Of a DNA stretch of 20,230 nucleotides, positions 11,144-20,070 are shown in pieces. Location of the stretch: contig CBDHEC010000001.1 in NCBI GenBank assembly GCA_965261975.1, forward strand, positions 1-20,230, given 5' to 3'. The notes under the pieces are model-generated. The model had not been told where the DNA came from. It ran no database searches and was given only the letters and a program-made list of their open reading frames with translations. Numbering within the stretch: position 1 is the stretch's first letter; every line of letters starts with the position of its first letter. A program made the translations under genes and the position numbers. This DNA comes from Alphaproteobacteria bacterium (GTDB taxonomy: Bacteria > Pseudomonadota > Alphaproteobacteria > UBA6615).

Positions 11144-12196
11144 TTAGGAATTGCCCGAATGCTTCTCGATCATGTCGAGAGCATCGATGACCATGGCCGG
11201 ACCGTCGAGGCCGCGCTTGCCGACCTCTTCATACCAGCGGTCGAAAACCGGCTGCGAGGCGGCTTTCATCTTGTCGACCTCGGCTGCCGGGATCACGTAG
11301 AACTTGTTCTTGGGCTTGGACGCGACGGCGTTGCGGCCCGGTGTTTCCACATCGATCCAGTTCTGGCCGGCCTGGGCCGCGATGTTGCCGCCCGAATTGT
11401 CGTTGATCACCTTCTGGAGGTCCGGCGGCAGCTTGTCGTAGCTGGCCTTGTTCATCAGGAAAGTGAACACGTTGGTGCCCAGGCGGGGCTGTGCGCCCGC
11501 GAGGCTCGAGAAGTGGCTGACCAGGTCGGGGGTCTTCACCGCCGGTGCAATCTCGAAGGGCAGGGTCACCCCGTCGATGACACCCTTGGAAAGGGCGGCG
11601 GGAATTTGCGGCAGCGGAAGCCCGACGCCGACGGCGCCGAGGGATTCGAGCAGCCAGACCCCGCCACGCGACGCGGCGCGCAGCTTCATGCCCTTCAGGT
11701 CGGCCATCTTCTGGACCGGTTCCTTGGTTTGGAAGAGGAAGCCCTGATGGCTGTGCAGCAGGATCGGGTGATAGGCGCGCAGCGCCTTGTCGAGATATTT
11801 GGCCTGGAAGTCCTGGAGCGCCAGCGTGGTCGAGAGCGCATCCTTGTGGACGAAGGGCAGCTCGAACGGCTCGACCTCGGGCATGCGGCCCGGCGAGAAG
11901 CCCGGCAGGGTCCAGACAATGTCGACGACGCCGTCGCGGGCCTGCTGGAGGAGCTGCGGCGCCTTGCCGCCAAGCGCCATGAGCCAGTGCGGCTGGATCT
12001 TCAGGCGGCCGCCCGATTCCTTCTCGATCTTCTTGGCCCACGGGGTCAGGAATGTCTTGCCCGGGTTGGCGACGGGCGGGATGAATGTATGCATCCGCAA
12101 GGTGACTTCCTGCGCCATGCCCGGCGCCGCTGTGAGGGTCAGCGCGGCGATGGCGGCGCCCGCAAGCGCGGCCGTTTTCATGATTTTTCGACTCAT
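11144..12196 (-). CDS. dctP: TRAP transporter substrate-binding protein
   Basis: Start MSRKIMK at 12196 after AGGGAGAG. Signal peptide ending PGMA-QE; ESGGRLKI, RDGVVDI, DLKGMKLR, ALSKGVIDG, MNKASYDKLPPDLQ. Confidence 0.93.
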   Translation of the reverse strand: MSRKIMKTAALAGAAIAALTLTAAPGMAQEVTLRMHTFIPPVANPGKTFLTPWAKKIEKESGGRLKIQPHWLMALGGKAPQLLQQARDGVVDIVWTLPGFSPGRMPEVEPFELPFVHKDALSTTLALQDFQAKYLDKALRAYHPILLHSHQGFLFQTKEPVQKMADLKGMKLRAASRGGVWLLESLGAVGVGLPLPQIPAALSKGVIDGVTLPFEIAPAVKTPDLVSHFSSLAGAQPRLGTNVFTFLMNKASYDKLPPDLQKVINDNSGGNIAAQAGQNWIDVETPGRNAVASKPKNKFYVIPAAEVDKMKAASQPVFDRWYEEVGKRGLDGPAMVIDALDMIEKHSGNS

Positions 12197-12358
12197 ACTT
12201 TTCTCTCCCTGTTTGGGCGTTCTCGGCATTTTGTCGGGAACGTCCCTGATCTCGTGGTCGCTGTTCTTGTGGTTATTGCGACCAATTGCTGGCGCATAGT
12301 CTAGCGCATCCTTCGGCCAATGCATCCGCCAAAAGTGGCACGGACATCCGGTATCACC

Positions 12359-12784
12359 TCAGTCCTTTCCCGCTTCGTAACGGGCGCGAAAATCATCCGG
12401 GATGTCGGCCGTGATCAATTTGCCGGGTTCGTCCGGGTCGGTGGATGCCCATACTCTGATCTCTTCCCCCCGCACGGCCGGTGTTCCGGCATTGGAGACC
12501 TCGTGGGTGACCACCAGGGTGCGCCGTCGCCACTCGCTCACATGGCTGGTGATCTCCAGGTCGTCACCGAACTGGCTGGGCGACAGGAACTTGGCGTGGG
12601 CGTCGACCAGCGGCAGACCGACCGTCCTGTACTCATCGAGCATGACCTCGTAACCGACCCCGGCACTCTCGAACAGATGCCGGGTGCCGTGATCGAACCA
12701 AACGAAATAGTTGGGGTAGAAGACGATCTTGGCCGGATCGCAGTGGCCCCACTCGACGGGAATCTTGATTGTGTTTCTGCGCAT
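12359..12784 (-). CDS. Acyl-CoA thioesterase, 4-hydroxybenzoyl-CoA thioesterase (hot-dog) family
   Basis: VEWGHCDPAKIVFYPNYFVWFD and LPLVDAHAKFLSPSQFGD. GGAGG lies 10 nt upstream of ATG 12784. Confidence 0.9.
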   Translation of the reverse strand: MRRNTIKIPVEWGHCDPAKIVFYPNYFVWFDHGTRHLFESAGVGYEVMLDEYRTVGLPLVDAHAKFLSPSQFGDDLEITSHVSEWRRRTLVVTHEVSNAGTPAVRGEEIRVWASTDPDEPGKLITADIPDDFRARYEAGKD

Positions 12785-12966
12785 GCCCGGCATGCCTCCG
12801 TCGGTGATCATCGGGGGAGACGAGGTGTCAGTTTCGTTGGTGCAACCGAGCGGGTCAATGTTCGTGCGCCTAATCTGTCCCGGGCCGACAAACAGGATTG
12901 TTGTGGTACATATTCGCCTCGCCTCGAAGCTGCGGGCGAGGCATAAGGCGACGAGGGGCGTGTAGC

Positions 12967-13422
12967 GTGACGGAAGACGAAAACAGCAAGACCGGTGAGA
13001 TCGATCTGGGCCTTTTGCCGGGCCTCGTCGGTTATCAGTTGCGGCGTGCGCAAATCGAGACGTTCCAGCATTTCGTCTCGAGTTTGGGCGGGGAGGGCAT
13101 GCGACCAGGCTGGTTCGGCCTGCTGATTATCGTCGCCAACAACCCCGGGCTCAGCCAAACCCAGCTGGCCCGCACGCTCGGTGTCGACGCATCGACAATG
13201 GTCGCGATGATCGACCGCATGGAACAGAGCGGCTGGGTGGCGCGGTCACGGTCCAAGTCCGACCGCCGGTCCCACGAGCTGCACTTGACGGATGCGGGCG
13301 CCGGAATGCTGGAGCGGATCACGCCGTTGGTGAGAGATCATGATGGCGCGATTACCGCGAACCTTACCGAGGCCGAATCCGAAGAGCTGTTGCGCCTGTT
13401 GCGGAAGGTCACGGGCGTCTGA
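12967..13422 (+). CDS. MarR-family transcriptional regulator, divergent from the catabolic cluster
   Basis: GTG 12967 after GAGGGG; GYQLRRAQ, NPGLSQTQLARTLGVDASTMVAMIDRME..GWV.R..S.SDRR...L.LT..G. Confidence 0.92.
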   Translation: MTEDENSKTGEIDLGLLPGLVGYQLRRAQIETFQHFVSSLGGEGMRPGWFGLLIIVANNPGLSQTQLARTLGVDASTMVAMIDRMEQSGWVARSRSKSDRRSHELHLTDAGAGMLERITPLVRDHDGAITANLTEAESEELLRLLRKVTGV

Positions 13423-13538
13423 TCACGCCATCGCAACTGGACAACGCCGGACCGTCACCATATCTCGAAACTGATCCATACTCATGCGGTGTACGTAGAT
13501 TTCCGGGAACATCCCGACTCATGACCGGAGTGACGTGA

Positions 13539-15806
13539 ATGCGCCTGACCAACCTGCTCGCCGGCACGGCCATGGCGACCGTCCTTGCGGGTTGTGCCGT
13601 GTTGACCCCGCTGCCCGAGCCTGTGAGCGTTGACCAGCGTCTCGACGCGATCCCGGTCACAGGTGTCCCGCTCGACGCGCCGGTGCGTATCCACTGGAAT
13701 GAGTTTCAGGTGCCGTTTGTCGAGGCCGAGAGTGATACCGATCTCGCGGTGGCGCTGGGCGTGGTGCATGCGCATTTGCGCTGGGGACAAATGGAGGTGG
13801 CGCGGCGCCTGGTGCGCGGGCGCGTTGCCGAGATGGGCGGACCGCTGGCGCGCGACATCGACAAGTCCCTGAGAATTCTGAATTTCGGGCGCGGCGCAGA
13901 GGCGACGCTCGCCCTGATGCCGCCAGACACGCGGGCCTGGCTCGACGGGTTCGTCGCCGGTGTGAATCACTACATCGCCAACGCCGGCGAACTGCCCCAC
14001 GAACACCGTGTGCTGGGCCTCGAACGGGAACCCTGGACCGCCGCCGACGTGATCGCCGTCGGCCGCCTGGCCTCGACGGACGTGAACTGGTTGATCTGGT
14101 TCGGCATGCTCTCCCTGCGCGACCGTGAGGACTGGCCCGAGATCTGGGCGCGCGCGACGGAGAAGGGCCTTGAGTCCATTCCCAGCATCGGTCCCGGTGC
14201 CGACGATCAGGCGTCGGTCTTCCACGAATTGCTCGCCGGGTTTTCCAAGGCCGGGTCCAACTCTGTCGCCGTATCCGGCGCGCGGACGGGCACGGGTGCG
14301 GCGATGATCGCCAGCGACCCCCATCTGGGCGTGTTCCTGCCGAACCTGTGGTTGCTGGCCGGCTACAAGTCGCCCTCCTATCACGCGGTCGGCATGATGA
14401 TACCCGGGGTACCCTTCATCGCGCTCGGACGGAACGAACAGATTGCATGGGGCGGCACCAATATGCGGGCACTTTCCACCGACCTGGTGGATGTCAGTGA
14501 CCTGCCGGCGGCGGATATCCGAACCCGAAGCGAGACTATCGGCGTGCGCTGGTGGTTCGATACCGAGGTCGAGGTGCGCGAGACCCGGTTCGGCCCGGTG
14601 ATCACGGACTCGCCTCTTGTGAACTCGGCGCGACCGGACGAGACGATCGCGCTGCGCTGGATGGGCCATCAGCCGAGCGATGAGATCACGTCGATGCTGC
14701 GAATGAGCCAGGCGCGGAATTTCGAGGGGTTTCGAAATGCGCTCGACGGGTTCCACGTGCCGGGACAGAACATGGTTTATGCCGATGCTGACGGGCATAT
14801 CGGCCAGGTCATGGCGGTGAAGTTGCCCGATCGTTCGCCGGTTCCGCCGCCGGACCTGCTGATCTCCGCCGAGGCGGCCGCCGGGAATGACCCATGGCAG
14901 AAAACTGTCACCGCCGGCGAATTGCCCGCGGCGTTCGATCCGCCGGCCGGCTTTGTCGCATCGGCGAACAACAAGCCGGCAGACGCGGATGTCGCGGTTG
15001 GCTGGCATTTTTCCAACGATGACCGGATCGCGCGCCTGCGCGACCTTCTGTCGGGGGACAGCAAGGTCACCGTTGCGGATCTGAGCGCGCTGCAGCAGGA
15101 CGTGTATATGGAATCAGCAGTTGTCCTGCGTGATCTGCTGCTGGGGAAGCTCGGCGCGGTTTCCCAGGAGTTAAACCCGGCACAAACCGACCTGGTTGCG
15201 AAAATTCGCGCCTGGGACGGACATTATGCGGTGGATTCTTCCGGCGCGGTCGCGTTCGAACTCACGATGTTCGCCTTTGCCGATAAATTTCTGAGCGAGG
15301 ATGCCCGGACGCGAATTTCGGTTGGCGGCCGCTTCGATGAACAGCTCGCCGAGATGATCGGCGCGATGCCCGCGGGCGACGTGGCTCCGATCCTGGCGGC
15401 GGCGTTGGCCGACGCGGCGGTCAAGCATGAGGCGCTTTCCACATGGGGCGACATGCACCGGCTCGGGCTGCGTCATCCGCTGAATTTTATCCCGATCGTG
15501 GGCAACAAGTACCGTTTCAACGATGTGCCGATCGGCGGCAGCTCGACGACGCTGATGAAGACCGCCCATTCCGATACCGACGAGCGGCATTTCACGCGCT
15601 TCGGCTCGCAATCGCGGCATATCTCCGACATGTCCGACCCCGATGCAAACTGGTTCACCCTGCTGGGCGGGCAGGATGGATGGATCAACAGCGCCAACTT
15701 TATCGATCAGTTCGATCTCTGGTTGCGTGGCGATTATGTGCGCCTGCCGCTGCAGCTGGAGACCGTCCGGCAGGAATTCACCCGGAAAACCGAGTTGACG
15801 CCCTGA
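13539..15806 (+). CDS. Penicillin acylase family (Ntn-hydrolase) protein with a lipoprotein signal peptide
   Basis: ALGVVHAHLRWGQME, catalytic GSNSVAVSG, ASDPHL, PGVPFIALGRN..IAWGGTN, QNMVYAD.DGHIG, ASANN, GGQDG. N-terminal lipobox LAG-C19. Confidence 0.92.
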   Translation: MRLTNLLAGTAMATVLAGCAVLTPLPEPVSVDQRLDAIPVTGVPLDAPVRIHWNEFQVPFVEAESDTDLAVALGVVHAHLRWGQMEVARRLVRGRVAEMGGPLARDIDKSLRILNFGRGAEATLALMPPDTRAWLDGFVAGVNHYIANAGELPHEHRVLGLEREPWTAADVIAVGRLASTDVNWLIWFGMLSLRDREDWPEIWARATEKGLESIPSIGPGADDQASVFHELLAGFSKAGSNSVAVSGARTGTGAAMIASDPHLGVFLPNLWLLAGYKSPSYHAVGMMIPGVPFIALGRNEQIAWGGTNMRALSTDLVDVSDLPAADIRTRSETIGVRWWFDTEVEVRETRFGPVITDSPLVNSARPDETIALRWMGHQPSDEITSMLRMSQARNFEGFRNALDGFHVPGQNMVYADADGHIGQVMAVKLPDRSPVPPPDLLISAEAAAGNDPWQKTVTAGELPAAFDPPAGFVASANNKPADADVAVGWHFSNDDRIARLRDLLSGDSKVTVADLSALQQDVYMESAVVLRDLLLGKLGAVSQELNPAQTDLVAKIRAWDGHYAVDSSGAVAFELTMFAFADKFLSEDARTRISVGGRFDEQLAEMIGAMPAGDVAPILAAALADAAVKHEALSTWGDMHRLGLRHPLNFIPIVGNKYRFNDVPIGGSSTTLMKTAHSDTDERHFTRFGSQSRHISDMSDPDANWFTLLGGQDGWINSANFIDQFDLWLRGDYVRLPLQLETVRQEFTRKTELTP

Positions 15807-15832
15807 CCGCGTCCATGGCGTAAACTGGGGCG

Positions 15833-17362
15833 ATGCTGAACGCGACACCCCTTGTTCGATTCTACGCCACCCGCCGCCTGCGTAAGCTAGCGGCGAGGGA
15901 CGCTGCCGACGTGCAGCAACGGCAGCTGCTCGGTTTGGTGGCGCGCGCCAATCGCACGGCGTTTGGTCGCGATCACGGGTTCGCGTCGATCCGCAGCGTG
16001 ACGGAGTTCCAGGCCAAGGTACCGCTACGCCGGTACGCTGATTTCCAGGAACAGTATTGGGGTCCGGCCTTTCCCGATTTGCGGGGCACGACCTGGCCGT
16101 CGCGCGTTCCCTATCTTGCCGTGACGTCCGGCACGACGACGGGCCGCACGAAATACATCCCGTGTACCAATGAGATGATCTCGTCGAACACCATGGCGGG
16201 GCTCGACCTGATCTGCCATCACCTGGCGAACCGGCCCGACAGCCAAGTGCTGGGCGGTAAGTCGTTCATGCTGGGCGGCAGCACCGATTTCAAGAAAGAG
16301 GCGCCCGGCATTCACAGCGGCGACCTTTCCGGGATCATGACCGAGAGCGTGCCCTGGTGGTTTCAGGGCCGGACCTTTCCTCTGCGCGAGGATGCGCTGG
16401 AGAGCGACTGGGAGCTCAAGGTCGACCGGCTGGTGCGGGCGCTGGATGGCGAGGATATTCGGCTCATCGGCGGCACCCCGTCCTGGTTGCTGATCTTCTT
16501 CGATCAGCTGGCCGCCTATCGCGGGGACAGCAGCCCCGACCTCGCGAAGTATTTCCCCAACCTGGAGTTGATGGTCCATGGCGGTGTCGACTTCACGCCC
16601 TATCGTACGCGTTTCGAGACGCTGATCGCCGACACCCGTGCCGAGCTGCGCGAGGTGTATCTGGCGAGCGAGGGTTTCATCGGCGTTGCCGACCAGGGGC
16701 CCGAGGACGGCCTGAGACTGATGCTCGATACCGGCCTGTTCTACGAGTTCGTGCCGGTGGATGAACTGGACTCGAGCCAGCCCACCCGGCACTGGGCCGG
16801 TACGGTCCAGCGGGGCATCAACTACGCATTGGTGGTGTCGAGTTGTGCCGGTCTTTGGTCATATATCATCGGTGACACGGTCGAGCTTGTAAGCCGCAAC
16901 CCGCTGCGGGTACGGGTGACCGGCCGGACGAGTTACATGATGTCCGCGTTCGGCGAGCATCTGATCGCGGAGGAGATCGAGGCGGCGGTCCGCGACGGCG
17001 GCGTGGCCATCGGGGCGGACGTCCGGGACTGGTCGGTGGGCGCGATCCATGCCGGCGACGATGATAGCCGGGGCGGGCATCTGTACATCGTGGAGTTCGC
17101 CACCGAAGTGCCGTCCGAGGCGCGCCTGGCGCATTTCGTGCGGATCCTCGACGCCGCACTTTGCGCGACCAACGAGGACTATGAGGCCCACAGGTCGGAC
17201 GGGTTCGGCATGAACGCGCCCGAGGTGATCGCCCTGCCGCCGGGCGGGTTTGCGGAATGGATGAAGGCGCGCGGTCAACTCGGCGGCCAGCACAAGGTGC
17301 CGCGGATCATCAACGACGCGGAGCTGTTCGAGAATCTGAGAAATTTCGCGAGCGGGCGCTAG
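15833..17362 (+). CDS. GH3 auxin-responsive / acyl-acid amido synthetase family protein
   Basis: TAFGRDHGF, FQAKVPL..Y, TSGTTTGRTKYIP (P-loop), YLASEGF, FYEFVP, GLWSYIIGDTV, GRT, FGEH and C-terminal GQLGGQHKVPR. Confidence 0.92.
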   Translation: MLNATPLVRFYATRRLRKLAARDAADVQQRQLLGLVARANRTAFGRDHGFASIRSVTEFQAKVPLRRYADFQEQYWGPAFPDLRGTTWPSRVPYLAVTSGTTTGRTKYIPCTNEMISSNTMAGLDLICHHLANRPDSQVLGGKSFMLGGSTDFKKEAPGIHSGDLSGIMTESVPWWFQGRTFPLREDALESDWELKVDRLVRALDGEDIRLIGGTPSWLLIFFDQLAAYRGDSSPDLAKYFPNLELMVHGGVDFTPYRTRFETLIADTRAELREVYLASEGFIGVADQGPEDGLRLMLDTGLFYEFVPVDELDSSQPTRHWAGTVQRGINYALVVSSCAGLWSYIIGDTVELVSRNPLRVRVTGRTSYMMSAFGEHLIAEEIEAAVRDGGVAIGADVRDWSVGAIHAGDDDSRGGHLYIVEFATEVPSEARLAHFVRILDAALCATNEDYEAHRSDGFGMNAPEVIALPPGGFAEWMKARGQLGGQHKVPRIINDAELFENLRNFASGR

Positions 17363-17365
17363 ACC

Positions 17366-18223
17366 CTAGAGATATTCCTCGCTCCAGCGCGCATAGTCGT
17401 CGGCGCGCATGAGCCGCTTCATGGTGTCGCCCGACGCGACATTTTCCAGGTCGTCGGGATGGGTGCCGTTGGCGAGTGCTGTTTGCGTTTCGATGAACGC
17501 CGCCATGGCCGCCGCATGCACCTTGTGCCCCTGCAGGCAGACGCGCACGCCGATGGAGGCGAGCCAATCGCGGTCCATCATCTCGCGCGACGCGCTGCCC
17601 AGGATGATGGGCGTCGAGACCTCTGCCGCGATCGCTTCCAGGTCCTCGCGGCTCTTCACGCCGACCAGGAACAGCGCATCGACCCCGGCCCCCTCATAGG
17701 CGTTGGCGCGGCGCACCGCCTCGTCAACCCCGGCGATGCCCGGCGCGCTGGTGCGCCCGGCGATGACCAGGTCGGGGTCGGTGCGTGCGTCGAGCGCGGC
17801 CTTCATCTTGCCGACCCCTTCCTCGACGCTGATCAGGCTGGCCTTGCCGCCCGAGCCAAAGGGGTTGGGCAGGTCGGTGTCCTCGATCGACAGCGCGGCG
17901 ACGCCGGCCATCTCGAGCTCCTCGACCGTGCGGCGCACGTTCAGCGCGTTGCCGTAGCCATGGTCGGCATCGACCAGCAGCGGCAGCTCGGTGGCACGGC
18001 CGATGCGTTTTGCCTGGCCAGCGAATTCCGACAGGGTGAGGACGATCAGGTCGGGTGCGGCCAGCACCGACATCGACGCCACCGAGCCGGCGAAGATGCC
18101 GACCTCGAAGCCGACCTCCTGGGTGATGCGTGCCGTCATCGGGTCGGCGACGGAACCCGGATGGACGCATCGGTTCCCGTTCAGGATGGCGCGGAATTTC
18201 TTGCGGCGTTCGGACCAGCGCAT
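17366..18223 (-). CDS. Isocitrate lyase/PEP mutase superfamily protein, most like oxaloacetate decarboxylase (PA4872-type)
   Basis: SVADPMTARI, GSVASMSVLAAPDL..LTLSEF, DADHGYGNALNV.RTV.ELE.AG.AAL.IEDT.LP. Lacks the KKCGH/KRCGH loop of ICL/MICL. Confidence 0.85.
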   Translation of the reverse strand: MRWSERRKKFRAILNGNRCVHPGSVADPMTARITQEVGFEVGIFAGSVASMSVLAAPDLIVLTLSEFAGQAKRIGRATELPLLVDADHGYGNALNVRRTVEELEMAGVAALSIEDTDLPNPFGSGGKASLISVEEGVGKMKAALDARTDPDLVIAGRTSAPGIAGVDEAVRRANAYEGAGVDALFLVGVKSREDLEAIAAEVSTPIILGSASREMMDRDWLASIGVRVCLQGHKVHAAAMAAFIETQTALANGTHPDDLENVASGDTMKRLMRADDYARWSEEYL

Positions 18224-18249
18224 GATGTTCTCGTTTCTGTATTGGGTGG

Positions 18250-19464
18250 TTAGAGCTTGCGGCGTTCGACGACGAGCCCGCCGGCGGCGGCGAGCGCCTC
18301 GACCTCGTCATCGTCGAAGCCATGTTCGCCGAGGATTTCCCTGGCGTGGGCGCCGAAGGCCGGCGGGGTCGAGCGAATCTCGCCCGGCGTGCGCCCGAAC
18401 TTGATCGGGATGCCCGTACCTTCATACCAGTCGAGCTTGGCGGCCATGTTTCGGTGTTTCGTGTGGGCCGCGTTCATCACCTGGTCGGTATTCAGCACCG
18501 GCCCGGCGGGAATGCCCGCCGACAAGAGCTTGAGGGAGAGTTCCTCGCCATCGACCGCGGCGAAGGCGTCGATCAGTTCGTCGCGCAATTCGTCGCGATG
18601 CTGTGTCCGGTCGGCATTGTTCACGAAGCGCGGGTCGTCGGCGAGCTCGGGCCTGCCCAGCTCGTCGCACAGGCGGCGGAAGGCGCGGTTGTTGCCCGCG
18701 CCGATGAACACATCGACGGTCTTGGTCGGGAACTTGTCGTAGGGCGCGATGTTGCTGTGCTGGTTGCCGGTGATCCCCGGCACCTTGCCACCCGACAGGT
18801 AGTAGTTCGGCACGTGGGGGTGCATCAGCGAGACCGCGCAGTCATAGAGTGTCATATCGATGAACTGGCCCTTGCCCGAGCCCTGGCGCTCGAACAGCGC
18901 CATCAGAATGGCCACGCAGGAATAGAGCCCCGTGCCCATATCGACGGCGGCGATGCCGACCCGGGTGGGTTCCTTCTCCGCGCCGCCATTGATCGACAGC
19001 CAGCCGGCCATGGATTGCACGATCGCGTCGTAGCCCGGAAAACCGCCCAGCGGGCCGTCCGCGCCGTAGCCGGAGATCCGGCAATGGATAAGGGAGGGGT
19101 ATTTCTCCGCCAGCACATCGTCATAGCCCAGCCCCCATTTCTCCATGGTGCCGGTCTTGTAGTTTTCGATCAGGACATCCGCCTCGTCGAGGAGGCGGAA
19201 CAGCACCTCGCGCCCCTCGGGCTTCGTCAGGTCGAGGCCGATCGAGCGCTTGTTGCGGTTGAGGCCGACGAAATAGGAGGCATCACCCTCGTGGAAGGGC
19301 GGGCCCCAGTCGCGCACCTCATCACCCTGGGGCGGCTCGACCTTGATCACGTTGGCGCCATGGTCGGCAAGAATCTGCGTGCAGTAGGGGCCGCCGAGCA
19401 CGCGGGCGAGGTCAACGACCTTGAGGCCGGCGAGCGCGCCGAAGGGCGAGGAGTTGGAAGACAT
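18250..19464 (-). CDS. CaiB/BaiF family III CoA-transferase
   Basis: ALAGLKVVDLARVLGGPYCTQILADHGANVIKVEPP.GD, NRNKRS, ADVLIENY, ISGYG.DGP, GYD, AAVDMGTG, GKGQFID, PPAFGAH. Confidence 0.95.
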   Translation of the reverse strand: MSSNSSPFGALAGLKVVDLARVLGGPYCTQILADHGANVIKVEPPQGDEVRDWGPPFHEGDASYFVGLNRNKRSIGLDLTKPEGREVLFRLLDEADVLIENYKTGTMEKWGLGYDDVLAEKYPSLIHCRISGYGADGPLGGFPGYDAIVQSMAGWLSINGGAEKEPTRVGIAAVDMGTGLYSCVAILMALFERQGSGKGQFIDMTLYDCAVSLMHPHVPNYYLSGGKVPGITGNQHSNIAPYDKFPTKTVDVFIGAGNNRAFRRLCDELGRPELADDPRFVNNADRTQHRDELRDELIDAFAAVDGEELSLKLLSAGIPAGPVLNTDQVMNAAHTKHRNMAAKLDWYEGTGIPIKFGRTPGEIRSTPPAFGAHAREILGEHGFDDDEVEALAAAGGLVVERRKL

Positions 19465-19521
19465 ATCGGGATAGCCTGATCTAGAATTTAGCGCGTGATT
19501 CGATTTTCAGGAAAGCCTCAC

Positions 19522-20070
19522 ATGATGCGTACTCCGCTGGCAATCGCAGCGTTGTGTTTCTTTCTAATGCCGGCGCATGCCCAAGACAAAAGCCCGTCGA
19601 CTGATGAACAATATCTCCATGATCTGGGCATCGCCTGCGGGCTCGGGCTCGACGAGGCCTGTGATGAACTTGTCGACATCGAAGAAGCTGGCAAGAATGT
19701 CAGTTTCACGATTTGCAATCGCACGTCGGGGCGGGTTTGGGTCGCGATTGCGAACGAGGTGGGTGAGGTGAAGGAGCGGCTATACCGCGCGCGTGGCTGG
19801 TGGTCGCTCGAACCGGCGGAATGTCACGATTTCTGGAAGTGGGCGGTGAAGGATGCCGCCTTGCATGTGCCGATACTTCACCTGATCCGCGCGGAAGCAG
19901 AGGGCGGAGGTGCATGGGAGGGCAGCGACGCAATCTTGTGCACGTTAGGTGAAAAGTTCGACATCACCGGCGATCACGCAGGCGATTGTCAAAAACGCGG
20001 CTACTTTAATGTCGACCTGTTCGCGGACGGATTGCACAAGAAGGGCTACACCCTTGATTTGACGCGCTAA
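19522..20070 (+). CDS. Secreted DUF1036-like protein
   Basis: Signal peptide MMRTPLAIAALCFFLMPAHA; FTICNRTSGRVWVAIA...RGWWSLEPAEC...AWEG...LC...F.I...C...GY matches my recollection of the DUF1036 pattern. Confidence 0.72.
   Translation: MMRTPLAIAALCFFLMPAHAQDKSPSTDEQYLHDLGIACGLGLDEACDELVDIEEAGKNVSFTICNRTSGRVWVAIANEVGEVKERLYRARGWWSLEPAECHDFWKWAVKDAALHVPILHLIRAEAEGGGAWEGSDAILCTLGEKFDITGDHAGDCQKRGYFNVDLFADGLHKKGYTLDLTR

Noticed and set aside
12916-12942. GC stem GCCTCGCC-N11-GGCGAGGC upstream of marR
   Set aside because: An 8-bp GC-rich stem is expected by chance at this composition, and it does not resemble the 9150-9188 operator.
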